From contig CAWCLO010000001.1 of NCBI GenBank assembly GCA_963796455.1, positions 96,001-160,000 on the forward strand: a DNA stretch of 64,000 nucleotides. The letters run 5' to 3'. The first letter of the stretch is position 1; each line of letters opens with the position of its first letter. The notes under the pieces were generated by a model. The model saw nothing but the letters and a program-made list of their open reading frames with translations. It was not told where the DNA came from and made no database searches. Of the stretch, positions 9,595 to 20,225 are shown one piece after another. The DNA is from Candidatus Sulfomarinibacteraceae bacterium. Lineage in GTDB: Bacteria > Acidobacteriota > Thermoanaerobaculia > Thermoanaerobaculales > Sulfomarinibacteraceae. Position numbers and translations under genes: made by a program.

Positions 9595-10077
9595 CTATTC
9601 GGGATCCGTATTCACAGGATGGCCCTGCTGCAATTCCTCGACACTGGCATCACGAATCGAGTCGATCGTCACCGCAAAATTCAGGGTTTCGCCGGCCAGC
9701 GGATGATTGCCGTCGAGCGTGGCCAGTTCGTCGCCCACCTCGGCCACCATCAGATGCTGAGCTTCGCCGTCCGGAAGCTGCGCCCGCACGACGTCGCCAA
9801 CGGTAGGCTCGAAACCGAGTCGATCCAGCGGAACCTCGACAACCCGTGATGGGTCACGCTGGCCATAGCCTTCGTCCGGTTCGATGTGAACATCGAAGGC
9901 CTCGCCAACCTTTTTGCCATGTAATGCTTTTTCGAGCCCGGAAATGATATTTCCATGGCCATGGAGGTACGGCATCGCCCCGCGTTCGGAGGTATTGTCG
10001 ATCTCGGTTCCGTCGGCCGTCGTCAGCCGGTATTCAATTTCGACCACACAACCGTTTTCTATCTGATCAGTTGCCAC
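9595..10077 (-). CDS. slyD: FKBP-type peptidyl-prolyl isomerase SlyD (no His-rich tail)
   Basis: YLHGHGNIISGLEKAL, GYGQRD, LDGNHPLAGETLNF motifs. Confidence 0.92.
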   Translation of the reverse strand: MATDQIENGCVVEIEYRLTTADGTEIDNTSERGAMPYLHGHGNIISGLEKALHGKKVGEAFDVHIEPDEGYGQRDPSRVVEVPLDRLGFEPTVGDVVRAQLPDGEAQHLMVAEVGDELATLDGNHPLAGETLNFAVTIDSIRDASVEELQQGHPVNTDPE

Positions 10078-11077
10078 TGGTTTCTCCCTCCGGATCGGCA
10101 GTCTCGCCGGTCGGAGCAGGTGCTTCCCGCTCGACGATGTCCGCCGCCTCGTAGAGTCCGGTGAGCAATTCGTTCATTGCCTCACCGCCACGGTTCTCGC
10201 GGATCATCTGTTCGATCGGCTCCCGGCTTTCTTCAAGGGACATCGTCGTCGCAGCGCGCTTTTCTTCGACCTTGATCACGTGGTAACCGAACTGGGTCTG
10301 GACGACCTCCGATACCTGACCGACATCGAGCGCAAAGGCCGCATCGGCAAAGGGCTTGACCATACGATCACGCGCAAAGAACCCAAGATCTCCGCCGTTT
10401 GGTGCGCTCGGGCCCTGCGACAGTTCCTTGGCGAGTTCGGCAAAATCCTCGCCGGCCAATGCGCGATCGCGAGCAACGGCGGCCGCGGCTGACGCCTTGA
10501 CCCGGTCCTCTGACGGGGCGTCAGCGGCGGCGGTCATGAGGATGTGACGCGCGTGAACCTGCTCTGGTTGCGCAAACATCGTTGGATTCTCGTTGTAGAA
10601 AGCTTCCACCTCTTCGGCAGTCACATTGATTTTGCTTTCAATCCGGCTCTCCATGTAATGCTGCACGAGAACGGATTCCGCCACGTTCGCCTTGAGGTCG
10701 TCGAGACCGACACCGAATTGGGATAGAATTCCTTCCAGGTTTTCAGCGCCGCCGGCCTGCTGGACAATCTGGTCCATGGTCTGATCGACCAACTGTTGAT
10801 CGACCACCACCTCTTGGCGGCGCGCTTCCTGAGCGATCAGACGAACCTGAACAATCTGTTGAAGAGCCGCCTGAGCGACGGACTCCTGAGTCGGAGTCTG
10901 TCCCTGCCGCGCCATTTCAGCCTGAATCTGGGGCATGATGAGTCTCATTTCCCAACTTTGAACCGGTTGCCCGTTCACCGTCAGTACGACATCCGGCGCG
11001 AGTTCCTGGCCGGCCGCCGGAATGGCCGCGACAAGGACCAGGAGAACCATTGAAAGTTTTTTCAGAAGATTGGGCAT
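10067..11077 (-). CDS. Exported parvulin (PpiC-type) PPIase/foldase with SurA/PrsA-like N-domain
   Basis: Signal peptide; QVHARHIL, FAELAKELS.GPSA.NGGDLG, MVKPFADAAF, TQFGYHVIK motifs. Confidence 0.9.
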   Translation of the reverse strand: MPNLLKKLSMVLLVLVAAIPAAGQELAPDVVLTVNGQPVQSWEMRLIMPQIQAEMARQGQTPTQESVAQAALQQIVQVRLIAQEARRQEVVVDQQLVDQTMDQIVQQAGGAENLEGILSQFGVGLDDLKANVAESVLVQHYMESRIESKINVTAEEVEAFYNENPTMFAQPEQVHARHILMTAAADAPSEDRVKASAAAAVARDRALAGEDFAELAKELSQGPSAPNGGDLGFFARDRMVKPFADAAFALDVGQVSEVVQTQFGYHVIKVEEKRAATTMSLEESREPIEQMIRENRGGEAMNELLTGLYEAADIVEREAPAPTGETADPEGETSGN

Positions 11078-11183
11078 GAATCACCTCGTGGCAGTTTTAT
11101 TACCAAAAACACAGCGGGCGGGAAGCAAGGGACGTCACGAAGACAATAACTCACGCCGTTTTCGGCGCCTTACCCTAGCACAT

Positions 11184-11708
11184 GGCTCCCAGCAGGGAAG
11201 GTCGCTGCAGTGCAAAACAAATCGTCGAGCAGACTTGCCCGCTTGACAAGACGTAGTTCGCGGTTTGGTTTTTGGCATATCCGGTTGGCGGTTGGCACGT
11301 ACCCACTCCCGTTCCCGTTCCCGAATTGCAGCGGCAGCGACAGCGTCCAGGGACAGGACATCAGCGACAGCGACAGGCAACAGCGAACAGGGACAGCGTC
11401 AACGATCAGCAATCAGCGATCGGTGGCAGCTGTCAGGAGTCCAGGCGACGAAAGGGCAGCCTCCGGGTCGTTCAACAGAAGGGGAAGCCGGTGGGCGCCT
11501 TCGATCAAGGCCGTGCGATGACCTGGCCGCTCTTGAACCCGAAGATGTCGAGCGCTGTCACCCGTCGCTGTCGCTGTCGCTGATCGCTGAGGCTGATGAC
11601 TGAACGCTGACGCTGACTACTGTTCGCTGCCGCTGACAGCCTGTCGCTGTCGCTGACCCACTGTCGCTGCCGCTGTCCCTGAGCGCTGTCAGAGACACTG
11701 TAATGGAC
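11184..11708 (+). mobile_element. Internally deleted copy of the four-helix-bundle-associated element (copy A)
   Basis: Aligns by eye with 32309-32578 (e.g. ttggtttttggcat, ccgaattgcagcggcagcgacag, ctccgggtcgttcaaca, agccggtgggcg). At ~11497 it is fused to the last ~45 nt of the four-helix gene (ccttcgatcaag..ccgtgc.atgacctgg..ctcttgaacccga), followed by a CGCTG array. Mobility is inferred. Confidence 0.75.
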
Positions 11709-11796
11709 AACAGTGGGTGACGGTAGAATGTGTGCATATAAACTCAGTCGTGGGTGGTCCGAGGCAGCGGGCAACCGGTGATCTTCAGCAGAAAGG

Positions 11797-13251
11797 ATGA
11801 CGATGGGGGCTGACTGGCCAATCTGGCTGACTGCGACCGCGATCTTCAATATCGCGTTGGCCACCAGTGTCACGATTCACGCGGTCTTGTGGAAACGTGA
11901 CAGCCGCGCAGTCATCGCGTGGGTCGGCCTCGCCTGGTTGGCCCCATTTGTCGGCGCCCTCGCATATCTTGTTTTCGGAATCAACCGCATCGAACGCAAG
12001 GCCGTTTCACTCAAGCTGCAGAGCGCCGGTTCTGACGGATCGCAGATGACGCTGAGTCCAGAGGAAAAACGGATTCGACAATCCGAGATGCGGGCCTACT
12101 CGAACCTCGTCGGTCTGGCGACCGCCGGTCAGGAACTTTCCGGCCGGCCCCTCTATCCGGGCAACACGGTAACCGCCCTGAGCGACGGCGACGAAGCCTA
12201 TCCCGAGATGCTCGACGCAATTGCCAAAGCACGGCGGTCCGTGGCCCTCCTGAGCTACATCTTCGACAGCGATCGGGCCGGCGAAGCGTTCTTGAACGCA
12301 CTCGTCGAGGCCAAATCGCGAGGGATCGAGGTCCGCGTTCTGGTCGATGACGTTGGATCCAAATACAGTCGACCGAATATGGTGCGCCGCCTTAGAAAAG
12401 CGGGCGTCAATGCTGTGAGCTTTTTGCCAACTCGGCTGCCAAGGCTCCCCAAATACACCAACCTCAGGAACCACCGCAAGATCTTGGTGATCGACGGGAA
12501 AACCGGTTTTACCGGCGGCACCAACATCCGCGAAGACCACTGGATCTCCCTGCAACCGCGGTTTCCCGTTGGTTGCGTCCATTTTCGAATCGAAGGACCC
12601 GTTGTCGCCACATTGCAGCAGGTCTTCGCCGACGACTGGGCCTTTGCGGCCGGCGAAAAACTCGAAGGAGAACAATGGTTTCCGGAACTCGAACGCCGCG
12701 GTGAGGTCTGGGCACGGGGCATCGAGGACGGACCGGACGAGAATTATCAAAAAATGGCTGACCTCATCGCCGCTGCCCTTGCCAGCGCTCGCCAGCACGT
12801 GCGGATCGTGACCCCATACTTTCTCCCGGCTCAATCTCTGACCCAGGCGCTGAACGTCACGGCGATGCGAGGCGTCGACGTCGAGATATTCCTCCCGTCG
12901 AAAAGCAATATCCGCCTCGTCCAATGGGCGACCGCCGCCCAACTGTGGCAAGTGCTCGAAAAAGGCTGCCGAATCTACTCCACACCACCGCCCTTCGACC
13001 ATTCCAAACTGATGGTTGTTGACGGCGTCTGGGCCCTCATCGGCTCGGCCAACTGGGACCCGCGCAGTCTTCGCCTCAACTTCGAGTTCAATGTGGAGTG
13101 CTACGACACAGAACTCGCGAGATCGCTCAATTTGATCATTGATGACAAGGCGGCATCCGCCCGTGAGATCTCTCTCGAAGAGGTCAACGCACGGAGCTTC
13201 CCCATCCGCCTGCGAGACGGTCTGGCGCGGCTCCTGAGTCCATATCTTTGA
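11797..13251 (+). CDS. cls: Cardiolipin synthase (PLD superfamily)
   Basis: N-terminal PLDc_N TM hairpin and two HKD motifs (RNHRKILVIDG, FDHSKLMVVDG). Confidence 0.92.
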   Translation: MTMGADWPIWLTATAIFNIALATSVTIHAVLWKRDSRAVIAWVGLAWLAPFVGALAYLVFGINRIERKAVSLKLQSAGSDGSQMTLSPEEKRIRQSEMRAYSNLVGLATAGQELSGRPLYPGNTVTALSDGDEAYPEMLDAIAKARRSVALLSYIFDSDRAGEAFLNALVEAKSRGIEVRVLVDDVGSKYSRPNMVRRLRKAGVNAVSFLPTRLPRLPKYTNLRNHRKILVIDGKTGFTGGTNIREDHWISLQPRFPVGCVHFRIEGPVVATLQQVFADDWAFAAGEKLEGEQWFPELERRGEVWARGIEDGPDENYQKMADLIAAALASARQHVRIVTPYFLPAQSLTQALNVTAMRGVDVEIFLPSKSNIRLVQWATAAQLWQVLEKGCRIYSTPPPFDHSKLMVVDGVWALIGSANWDPRSLRLNFEFNVECYDTELARSLNLIIDDKAASAREISLEEVNARSFPIRLRDGLARLLSPYL

Positions 13252-13509
13252 GTCGACAAAGATCAAAACCTCGCTGGAGGAGCGCCGTAATAACAGTCAG
13301 CGGGCATCGGCCATATCAAGCACGCAGAATGTCGACCCCGCCGATCGAGCGAGGATAGAATGACTGATGTCCAACGGTGGGAAGGCCGATCGAGATAGTC
13401 TATGATCAATTGCTCCGCACCGGCGGACAGCGTCAAAAAAAAGAATCAGCAAAGATTCAACCGGCAACGCAGACGTGAAAGTCGGCGCCGCCGAGGAGGA
13501 AGCCGGAGA

Positions 13510-16500
13510 GTGTTCAGACGGAAAACCAATCGAATCACCCATCACCGTTTGGTGATGGCAGGGATTTCGACCATCACAGCGCTGGTGTTGCTGACGTCGG
13601 TCGCCTTCGCCGAGAACCACAACAATTCAACCGCCGTCTTAGCAGGCAGCAATGGCGGACAGCAATCTGTGGTGGAGTCGGAGTCCGGGGAAGTTGCCGG
13701 CCAGGGTTGGATTCCAGCCGAGCCTCTGCGCGGCGTCGGAGCGCGCACCGCTGCTCTGTTGCAATCAGGATCCACCGGGGGCGAGATCGACGGCGCCATG
13801 GTCTGGACCAGCGATGGACTCGAACCCGGAGGCGATCGTTTTTCATTCCGGTTTTTTGTTGATCTCAAAGGCAGTGACCTTCTCCTGAATACATCCGGCG
13901 AATCGGTTCAGATCGATGTTCACGCCTATCTGCTCACATCGTCCGGCGGTATGGTCGGCTTCAGTTCAAGCGCTTTCACCGTTGCCGACCCATCGACGCG
14001 CGAACGCATCAAGAACACCGGTCTGAGGTTTGCTGGGGCCATGAGCGCGCCGCCTGGTGATTACTCCCTGCGGGTATTGATTCAGAACCAACAGAGTCAA
14101 CGGTACTTTCTCCACCGTGGTGAGGTCCATTTCGGCGGCAACAAGGGTTCGGACCCGATTCTGCTGCCGCCGCTGGTCCCCGATCCGGCAGAGAGCTGGG
14201 TGATCGGTCTTCAGCATGGACTTGACGCCGACGAGGTTCTCAGCAAAAACCCGGCGGTGACGTCGTGGCCGTCCTCGGTGCCGATGTGGCGCCTGGGTGA
14301 TCCCCTCGAGGCGACTCTCGGATCGTCGGATTTTGGCGAAAACGCCATCCTTGCAGCGCGTTTGACAGCTCCCGACGGGAGCACGGTCGCGGAGCTGGAC
14401 ATCGAAACAGGTCTCTCTCGCTCATTGAGTTCGAATTTGACCTTCGTCCCGGTGACGATCGACGCAGTCGATGTGCCGGCGGGACAATATGACCTCGCAA
14501 TCTCGATCTCAGATTCGGATTCCAAGAAGCTTGTCTCCAACTCGATTCCGGTTTTGCTTCATGCGCAGAACGATGCAATCGTCTGGACGGATCCCGGCGC
14601 CCCGAGACGCAAGGTGCCGGCGCCGCCCTCACCACTTCCGGATCGACCGTCCGCCGTCGCGGAGACAACAGTCGACGAGGAGGAGGCCATCGAACAGGCC
14701 GACACGACGCCGGTTGGGCCCCGCTTTTTGGGCGGAAACCCGGACTCCGGGCAACCGGTCGGGGTCATCGAGGCAGTGCAGTTGCCGGGAGTCGGGGCCC
14801 GCGGTGCGGCGCTCCTGATGTCGGGTCAGAGCGGAGGCAGAGTCGAGGGTTCAGTGGTCTGGACGAGCGATGGGATCACCGGTGAGGATGGCAAAGCCTC
14901 GATCTCGGTTTTTGTTGAAGTCGACGGTCGTGGTCTGTTGAAAGATTCCCGATTTCTACCGGTACCGATCGCAGTTTATGGCTATCTCGTTCACTCCTCG
15001 GGCGCCGTGGTCGGGCACCTCTCCGAAGGCATCCTTCTGAACAGCCAATCTCAGGCCCTGGCTATCGATGCGGCAGGGCTCAGATTTGTCGGCCAGCTCG
15101 AGGCGGACCCCGGTTTGTATTCCTTCCGGATCATCATTCTCAACCGCGAGACCAACCGTTTTTTCCTTGCTCGTCGCGAGCTGGACATTCGCGGCGATGA
15201 AGAGGGCGCACCTTTGCTCCTGCCGCCGCTGGTAGCGGAAGACGCCGGCAGCTGGGTGATGAGCACCATGAAGGGACTCGATCTGGAGGCGGTCCGACAA
15301 GGGCTTCCGGAAATCGGGGGGTGGCCCGCAGCGATGCCCGTCTGGCCGGCCAACCAGGATCTGGAGATGGTGATCGGGTCCTCCCAGCTTGGAGAGAACC
15401 GCCACCTGTCGGCGCGGGTCTTCGATCGCCTCGGCCGACTGGTCGGCGACCCTGCGCTGCACATCAATACCCAATATCCGGCCGACAACGGAATCTCATT
15501 TTACCGGGCAACCGCACCTTCACCGGACATCCCGGAAGGCAGATATCGCCTGGTGATCTTTGCCACCGATGCCGATTCCGGCCAATCGGTATCGCAGTCG
15601 ATGACCGTTCTGGTTCACAACCAGGATCGGGTCTTCGCCTGGACGGACCCGGCGGCCCCCGGCAGGGAGGAAAGCCAAACGACGCTTGGCCAGCCCGCCG
15701 AACCGACCGCCGAAGAGCGGGACGAACTGGCCATGCGGTCCGCTTACCTCGAGGCGTTGAACATGTGGTCGCGAGGCCAGGCGGTTGAAGCTCGCAGGGC
15801 CCTGGCGGCTCTCGAACATCCGATGGAGGCCTCGGTGTCGGCCCGCGCCTGGCGACGGTTGATCACGGTCGAGCGTATTGCGACCCTCGAGATGGGTAAG
15901 AGCCATCCTGCCTCCCTCATGGCAATTGCGTTGCTCCACCGCGGGATGTACGACTGGTACCTGGCCCGAAACGAGCCTCAATTGGCACGACACTCCTGGC
16001 AGATCGCTTCGATGATCGCGCGCATCATCCCCGAGATCGAGGGGCTCGAGGTCTCTCTCGATTTTGGTGAGTGCATGCTGCTGGACCTCTCGAGTCGCCT
16101 CGTTCGCTCCGGAGAGAGAGAGGCAGCCCAGCAATTATTGGAGGCAACTCGGAACATGGCGCCTGACAGCGCTGCGGCATTGCTCGGACTTGGGGCGCTG
16201 CACGAGCGCTCCGGCAACACCGAAGCAGCTGTGGACGAATTCAGCGCCCTTTACGAAGAGCACCCGGATCACGACGAGGGACAGCTTCGTCTGGCCGTCA
16301 ACCGTGCCCGTCTCGGTGCCGAAGAGGCGGCGGAAGAGCTTTATCGTGATCTCCTTTCGGAAACCACACCGATGTGGATTCGGATTCTCGCCTATCAACA
16401 GCTGGGAAGCATGCTGATCGACGAGGGACGGGTCGGAGAGGCCTTTGCTTTGCTCGACGAGGGCGTTGCACAGATCCCCAACAATCAACGGCTGCACATC

Positions 16501-16707
16501 CTGTTGGCGCATGTACTCGACGCATCCCAACGGTCTCGGGACGCTGCCGCCGTGATCGAGGATCTTGGAACGAACGCACTGCAACAAAGCACTTCACCGC
16601 GATACCGATATTCAACCTGGCCTGACCTCGACGAAGGCCGGATTCGCGAGACGCTGGCCGCCGCCTCGGAAGCGAGTCTCCCATCACTGAAAGAGGCCCT
16701 GCAATGA
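13510..16707 (+). CDS. Large exported protein with two tandem ~300-aa repeats and a C-terminal TPR-like region
   Basis: GTG start after the GAGGAGGA RBS; signal peptide ending VAFA; repeats GVGARTAALLQSG...VWTDPGAP and GVGARGAALLMSG...AWTDPAAP; TPR-like ALLGLGALHERSGNTEAAVDEF. Confidence 0.75.
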   Translation: MFRRKTNRITHHRLVMAGISTITALVLLTSVAFAENHNNSTAVLAGSNGGQQSVVESESGEVAGQGWIPAEPLRGVGARTAALLQSGSTGGEIDGAMVWTSDGLEPGGDRFSFRFFVDLKGSDLLLNTSGESVQIDVHAYLLTSSGGMVGFSSSAFTVADPSTRERIKNTGLRFAGAMSAPPGDYSLRVLIQNQQSQRYFLHRGEVHFGGNKGSDPILLPPLVPDPAESWVIGLQHGLDADEVLSKNPAVTSWPSSVPMWRLGDPLEATLGSSDFGENAILAARLTAPDGSTVAELDIETGLSRSLSSNLTFVPVTIDAVDVPAGQYDLAISISDSDSKKLVSNSIPVLLHAQNDAIVWTDPGAPRRKVPAPPSPLPDRPSAVAETTVDEEEAIEQADTTPVGPRFLGGNPDSGQPVGVIEAVQLPGVGARGAALLMSGQSGGRVEGSVVWTSDGITGEDGKASISVFVEVDGRGLLKDSRFLPVPIAVYGYLVHSSGAVVGHLSEGILLNSQSQALAIDAAGLRFVGQLEADPGLYSFRIIILNRETNRFFLARRELDIRGDEEGAPLLLPPLVAEDAGSWVMSTMKGLDLEAVRQGLPEIGGWPAAMPVWPANQDLEMVIGSSQLGENRHLSARVFDRLGRLVGDPALHINTQYPADNGISFYRATAPSPDIPEGRYRLVIFATDADSGQSVSQSMTVLVHNQDRVFAWTDPAAPGREESQTTLGQPAEPTAEERDELAMRSAYLEALNMWSRGQAVEARRALAALEHPMEASVSARAWRRLITVERIATLEMGKSHPASLMAIALLHRGMYDWYLARNEPQLARHSWQIASMIARIIPEIEGLEVSLDFGECMLLDLSSRLVRSGEREAAQQLLEATRNMAPDSAAALLGLGALHERSGNTEAAVDEFSALYEEHPDHDEGQLRLAVNRARLGAEEAAEELYRDLLSETTPMWIRILAYQQLGSMLIDEGRVGEAFALLDEGVAQIPNNQRLHILLAHVLDASQRSRDAAAVIEDLGTNALQQSTSPRYRYSTWPDLDEGRIRETLAAASEASLPSLKEALQ

Positions 16708-17912
16708 AACGGTCCGTCATTTTGTGCCGGGTCCTCCTCGCCCTGGTGATCACCGCAGCCCCGGCTGTCGTGCGAGGCGACGACGATGCCGAAATCTGGA
16801 CTCACCTCGTCTCTCCCAGCGAAGGGCAGGAGGTCATCGGAGTCACCGTGCTCGAGGCTGAGGTCGTGTCGGCCGAAAGAGTCCGCGATGTCGTGTTTTT
16901 CGTGGACGGCCGCCCGGTGGGCATGCTGAGTTCCGCTCCCTATAGGTTGCGAATCGACCTCGGCGAAAAAAACAGAGCCCGTGTCATCGAGGTCGTTGCG
17001 ACCGATGCGCTTGGTCGCCAGGCACGGCAGAAGGTCACCACCGCTCCGGTAGCGATCGCGGGCGTGTACGAAGTTGATCTCCAGCAACTCTATGTGACCG
17101 CCACGGAAAACGGTTCACGGGTCACCGACCTGCAACGGGAAGACTTTACGATTCTCGACGAAGGCCGCGCGGAGGAACTCGTGACCTTCGAGGGCGGCGA
17201 TGTGCCCTTCACCGCAGTGTTGATGATCGATGCCAGCGCCAGCATGTACGGCTCCAAGATCGAAGCGGCCCGGGCCGGGGCGACGGCCTTTATCGAGGGC
17301 ATGCACGACCTCGACTACGGCAAGGTGACCGTGTTTTCGGATGTCATCCAAAACAACACGCCCTTCTCCGACATCCCGGAGGTCTTGACGGCCGGTCTGA
17401 TCGGCGCGACCGGGACCGGGGGTACCGCGGTCAGCGACCATCTCTACTCTGCGTTCAAGCTTCTCGAGAACCGTCAGGGGCGGCGCCTCGTGGTGCTGCT
17501 CAGCGACGGCGTCGACACCCACAGTGTGATCAGAGGTGAAGAGGTGCTGGAGCACGCCCGACGGAGCCAGGCCATGGTGTATTGGATCCGACTGTTGGAC
17601 CCCGGCAAGAGCGCCGACGACGAGGACAAAAAGGAAATGGCTTCCGCCTGGCGGGTGCCATCCGAATATCGCGAGCAGATCCAGGCCTTGAACGAACTCG
17701 TCAAGCTGAGTGGAGGCAGGATCATTCCGGCTCGAACACCGAGCGAAATCGAGAAAGTCTTCACCGAGATCCTGAGTGAGCTCCGGGATCAATATGCTCT
17801 CGGCTACTACCCGACCGAGCAGCGCAAGGACGGCAGCTGGCGCAGCATTCGGGTCAAGGTCTCCCGCCGGGGGGTCAAGGTCAGAACCCACGAGGGCTAT
17901 CTCGATTTCTAG
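16704..17912 (+). CDS. Exported VWA domain protein (VWFA-related Acidobacterial type) with N-terminal Ig-like domain
   Basis: MIDAS DASASM, GGTAVSD, LLSDGVD, LRDQYALGYYP...DGSWRSIRVKV...VRTHEGY; ATGA overlap with the upstream gene. Confidence 0.88.
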   Translation: MKRSVILCRVLLALVITAAPAVVRGDDDAEIWTHLVSPSEGQEVIGVTVLEAEVVSAERVRDVVFFVDGRPVGMLSSAPYRLRIDLGEKNRARVIEVVATDALGRQARQKVTTAPVAIAGVYEVDLQQLYVTATENGSRVTDLQREDFTILDEGRAEELVTFEGGDVPFTAVLMIDASASMYGSKIEAARAGATAFIEGMHDLDYGKVTVFSDVIQNNTPFSDIPEVLTAGLIGATGTGGTAVSDHLYSAFKLLENRQGRRLVVLLSDGVDTHSVIRGEEVLEHARRSQAMVYWIRLLDPGKSADDEDKKEMASAWRVPSEYREQIQALNELVKLSGGRIIPARTPSEIEKVFTEILSELRDQYALGYYPTEQRKDGSWRSIRVKVSRRGVKVRTHEGYLDF

Positions 17913-17999
17913 ATCAAACCCTACGGAGCAAATCGAGACCGGGACCTGCTAACCTTTCCCCACCGCGGTTCGTTCTGAACCACGACAGGGGGAAAATAC

Positions 18000-20222
18000 A
18001 TGAGCAAGAAACTGATCACGGCGGGAGCATGGACAGCCTTCCTGCTTCTTTTTTCGGTAACCGCTGCGGCCCAGGTCGAGCTGCCGGATCCGGTATATCA
18101 GGTCAGCATGAGCGCCAGCTACGAGCCGGAAGAGCACCACCTCGACGGAAAAAAACGAATCCGTTGGCGCAACACCTCCTCGGTGCCCATCAATGAACTC
18201 CAGTTCCATCTTTATCTCAACGCCTTTGCCAACGACCGCAGCACATTCATGGTCGGTTCCGGCGGGCAGCTTCGCGGCGTCCAGATCCCCAAAGAGGGTT
18301 GGGGCTGGATCGAGGTGGAGTCCATGCGCCTCGCCTACGGCACCGATCTCGTGGCGGCGGGCATCGTGGCCGAGGAAGAGGGCGCCGAACCATTCAGCAG
18401 ACCTTTTTCAACCGGTGTGCCGGGTGAGCCGCAACCGATCGATCTCGACGACCGGCCCGATCTCAAGCTGGTGGAGGAGTTCATCCAGCCCGACGACGGC
18501 AACAAGGAAGATCGAACCGTCGCCCGCTATCCCCTGCCCAAACCGGTGCAACCCGGCGAGTGGGTCGAGCTCGACATCGAATTCGCGGCCAAAATGCCTC
18601 GGATCTTCGCCCGCACCGGCAGGCATGGGGATTTCGTCCTCGGCGGTCAGTGGTTTCCAAAGATCGGTGTCTTCGAGGATGCCGGCGATCGCGGCCGGGC
18701 CGAAGCGGGTTGGAATGTCCACCAGTTCCACGCCAACAGTGAGTTCTTCGCCGATTTCGGCGATTGGGATGTGCGGCTGAGCCTGCCCGCCAACTACGAG
18801 GGCAAGATCGGCGCCACCGGCCGCCTGATCGAAGAAACAGTCGAGGGCGACACCGTCACAGCCCACTTCGCACAACCGGGGGTGCACGATTTCGCCTGGA
18901 CGGCGAGCCCCGATTTCATCGTGCTGACGGATCACTTCGACCCCGACACCGATGTCCCACCCGAGCAGACGGCACGCTGGGCCGAGATTCTGGGCGTTCC
19001 CGAGAGCGAACTGAAACTGCAGCCGGTGGACCTCACTCTTTTCCTGCAACCGGCCCACCGAGCCCAGGCGGATCGTTATTTCGAAGCCGTCAAGGTGGCG
19101 ATCTGGGGCTATGGGCTGCCTCTGGGCGCCTATCCCTGGTCCACGATGACGATGGTCGACCCTCCACGCGGCGGCATGGGCGCGGGCGGTATGGAGTACC
19201 CGACCTTCATCACCCTCGGCACCCACCCCATCCTCAACCTGCCGGGCTTTGACAAGGTCCTTGCGGCCGAGTCGGTGACCGTGCACGAGTTCGGCCACAA
19301 CTTCTTCCAGGGGATGATCGCCTCCAACGAGTTCGAGGAGTCGTGGATGGACGAAGGCATCAATTCCTTTTACGAGATGAAGGCGATGGATGAGTACTAC
19401 AAATACATGATCCAGTTCTTCGGTGCCCGGGCTTCCTCCGTCGATCTCGACCGGATGCAGTTGCGGAACGGGCACTACAGCGACTCGATCGTGACCCCTT
19501 CGTGGGCCTTCCGCACCGGCGGCAGTTATGGTCTCAACAGCTACGCGCGTCCGGCAGTGACCCTGCAACATCTCGAAAACATCATGGGCGAGGAGAGCTT
19601 CTCCCGCGCCATGCGCCGCTTTTTCCAGACCTGGCGCTTCCGACACCCCTCCACCGAGGACTTCAAACAGATCATTCTCGAGGAGGCGGACACCGACATG
19701 CGGTGGTTCCTCGAACAGGCCTTTCACACCGACCGGACCCTCGATTACCGGATCCAGTCCGCCCGAAGCAGAAAACAAAAGGACCCGCGCGGTTGGTTCT
19801 GGGAAGAAGACGGCCAGAAGACCCTCCTCGGTGTCGCCGACCGCCACGAACTCGAATCGGAGGATGAAGCCGAGGACGACGAAGGCGACTCCGATGAAGG
19901 GGACACCCTCTACCGGACCGAGGTCTTTGTCGAACGCCGCGGTGAGTTCGTCCACCCGGTGACCATCGAACTGATCTTCGAAGACGGCGAATCGCTCCGC
20001 TACGAATGGGACGGCCGCCACCGTTGGAAGAAGTACGTGGAGATCCGAGCGTCAAAGCTGTGCACGGCCATTGTTGATCCCGACAATCTGATGACTCTCG
20101 ATGTCGATCCGCTCAACAACTCCTACCGCCTCAACAGAAACAAAAAACCCGCGGTCAAGATGCTCTCGCACCTCGTGTTCTGGCTGCAAAACATCTTCCA
20201 AATGACCGCGATGGTGGGGTGA
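18000..20222 (+). CDS. M1 family (gluzincin) aminopeptidase, exported
   Basis: Signal peptide; GGMEYP; HEFGH with downstream WMDEG zinc ligand. Confidence 0.9.
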   Translation: MSKKLITAGAWTAFLLLFSVTAAAQVELPDPVYQVSMSASYEPEEHHLDGKKRIRWRNTSSVPINELQFHLYLNAFANDRSTFMVGSGGQLRGVQIPKEGWGWIEVESMRLAYGTDLVAAGIVAEEEGAEPFSRPFSTGVPGEPQPIDLDDRPDLKLVEEFIQPDDGNKEDRTVARYPLPKPVQPGEWVELDIEFAAKMPRIFARTGRHGDFVLGGQWFPKIGVFEDAGDRGRAEAGWNVHQFHANSEFFADFGDWDVRLSLPANYEGKIGATGRLIEETVEGDTVTAHFAQPGVHDFAWTASPDFIVLTDHFDPDTDVPPEQTARWAEILGVPESELKLQPVDLTLFLQPAHRAQADRYFEAVKVAIWGYGLPLGAYPWSTMTMVDPPRGGMGAGGMEYPTFITLGTHPILNLPGFDKVLAAESVTVHEFGHNFFQGMIASNEFEESWMDEGINSFYEMKAMDEYYKYMIQFFGARASSVDLDRMQLRNGHYSDSIVTPSWAFRTGGSYGLNSYARPAVTLQHLENIMGEESFSRAMRRFFQTWRFRHPSTEDFKQIILEEADTDMRWFLEQAFHTDRTLDYRIQSARSRKQKDPRGWFWEEDGQKTLLGVADRHELESEDEAEDDEGDSDEGDTLYRTEVFVERRGEFVHPVTIELIFEDGESLRYEWDGRHRWKKYVEIRASKLCTAIVDPDNLMTLDVDPLNNSYRLNRNKKPAVKMLSHLVFWLQNIFQMTAMVG

Positions 20223-20225
20223 GCG

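Noticed and set aside
11330..11700. Possible CRISPR array in the repeat-rich intergenic regions
   Set aside because: Units are degenerate hexamers without constant 23-47 bp repeats or unique spacers, and no cas genes are in the window.
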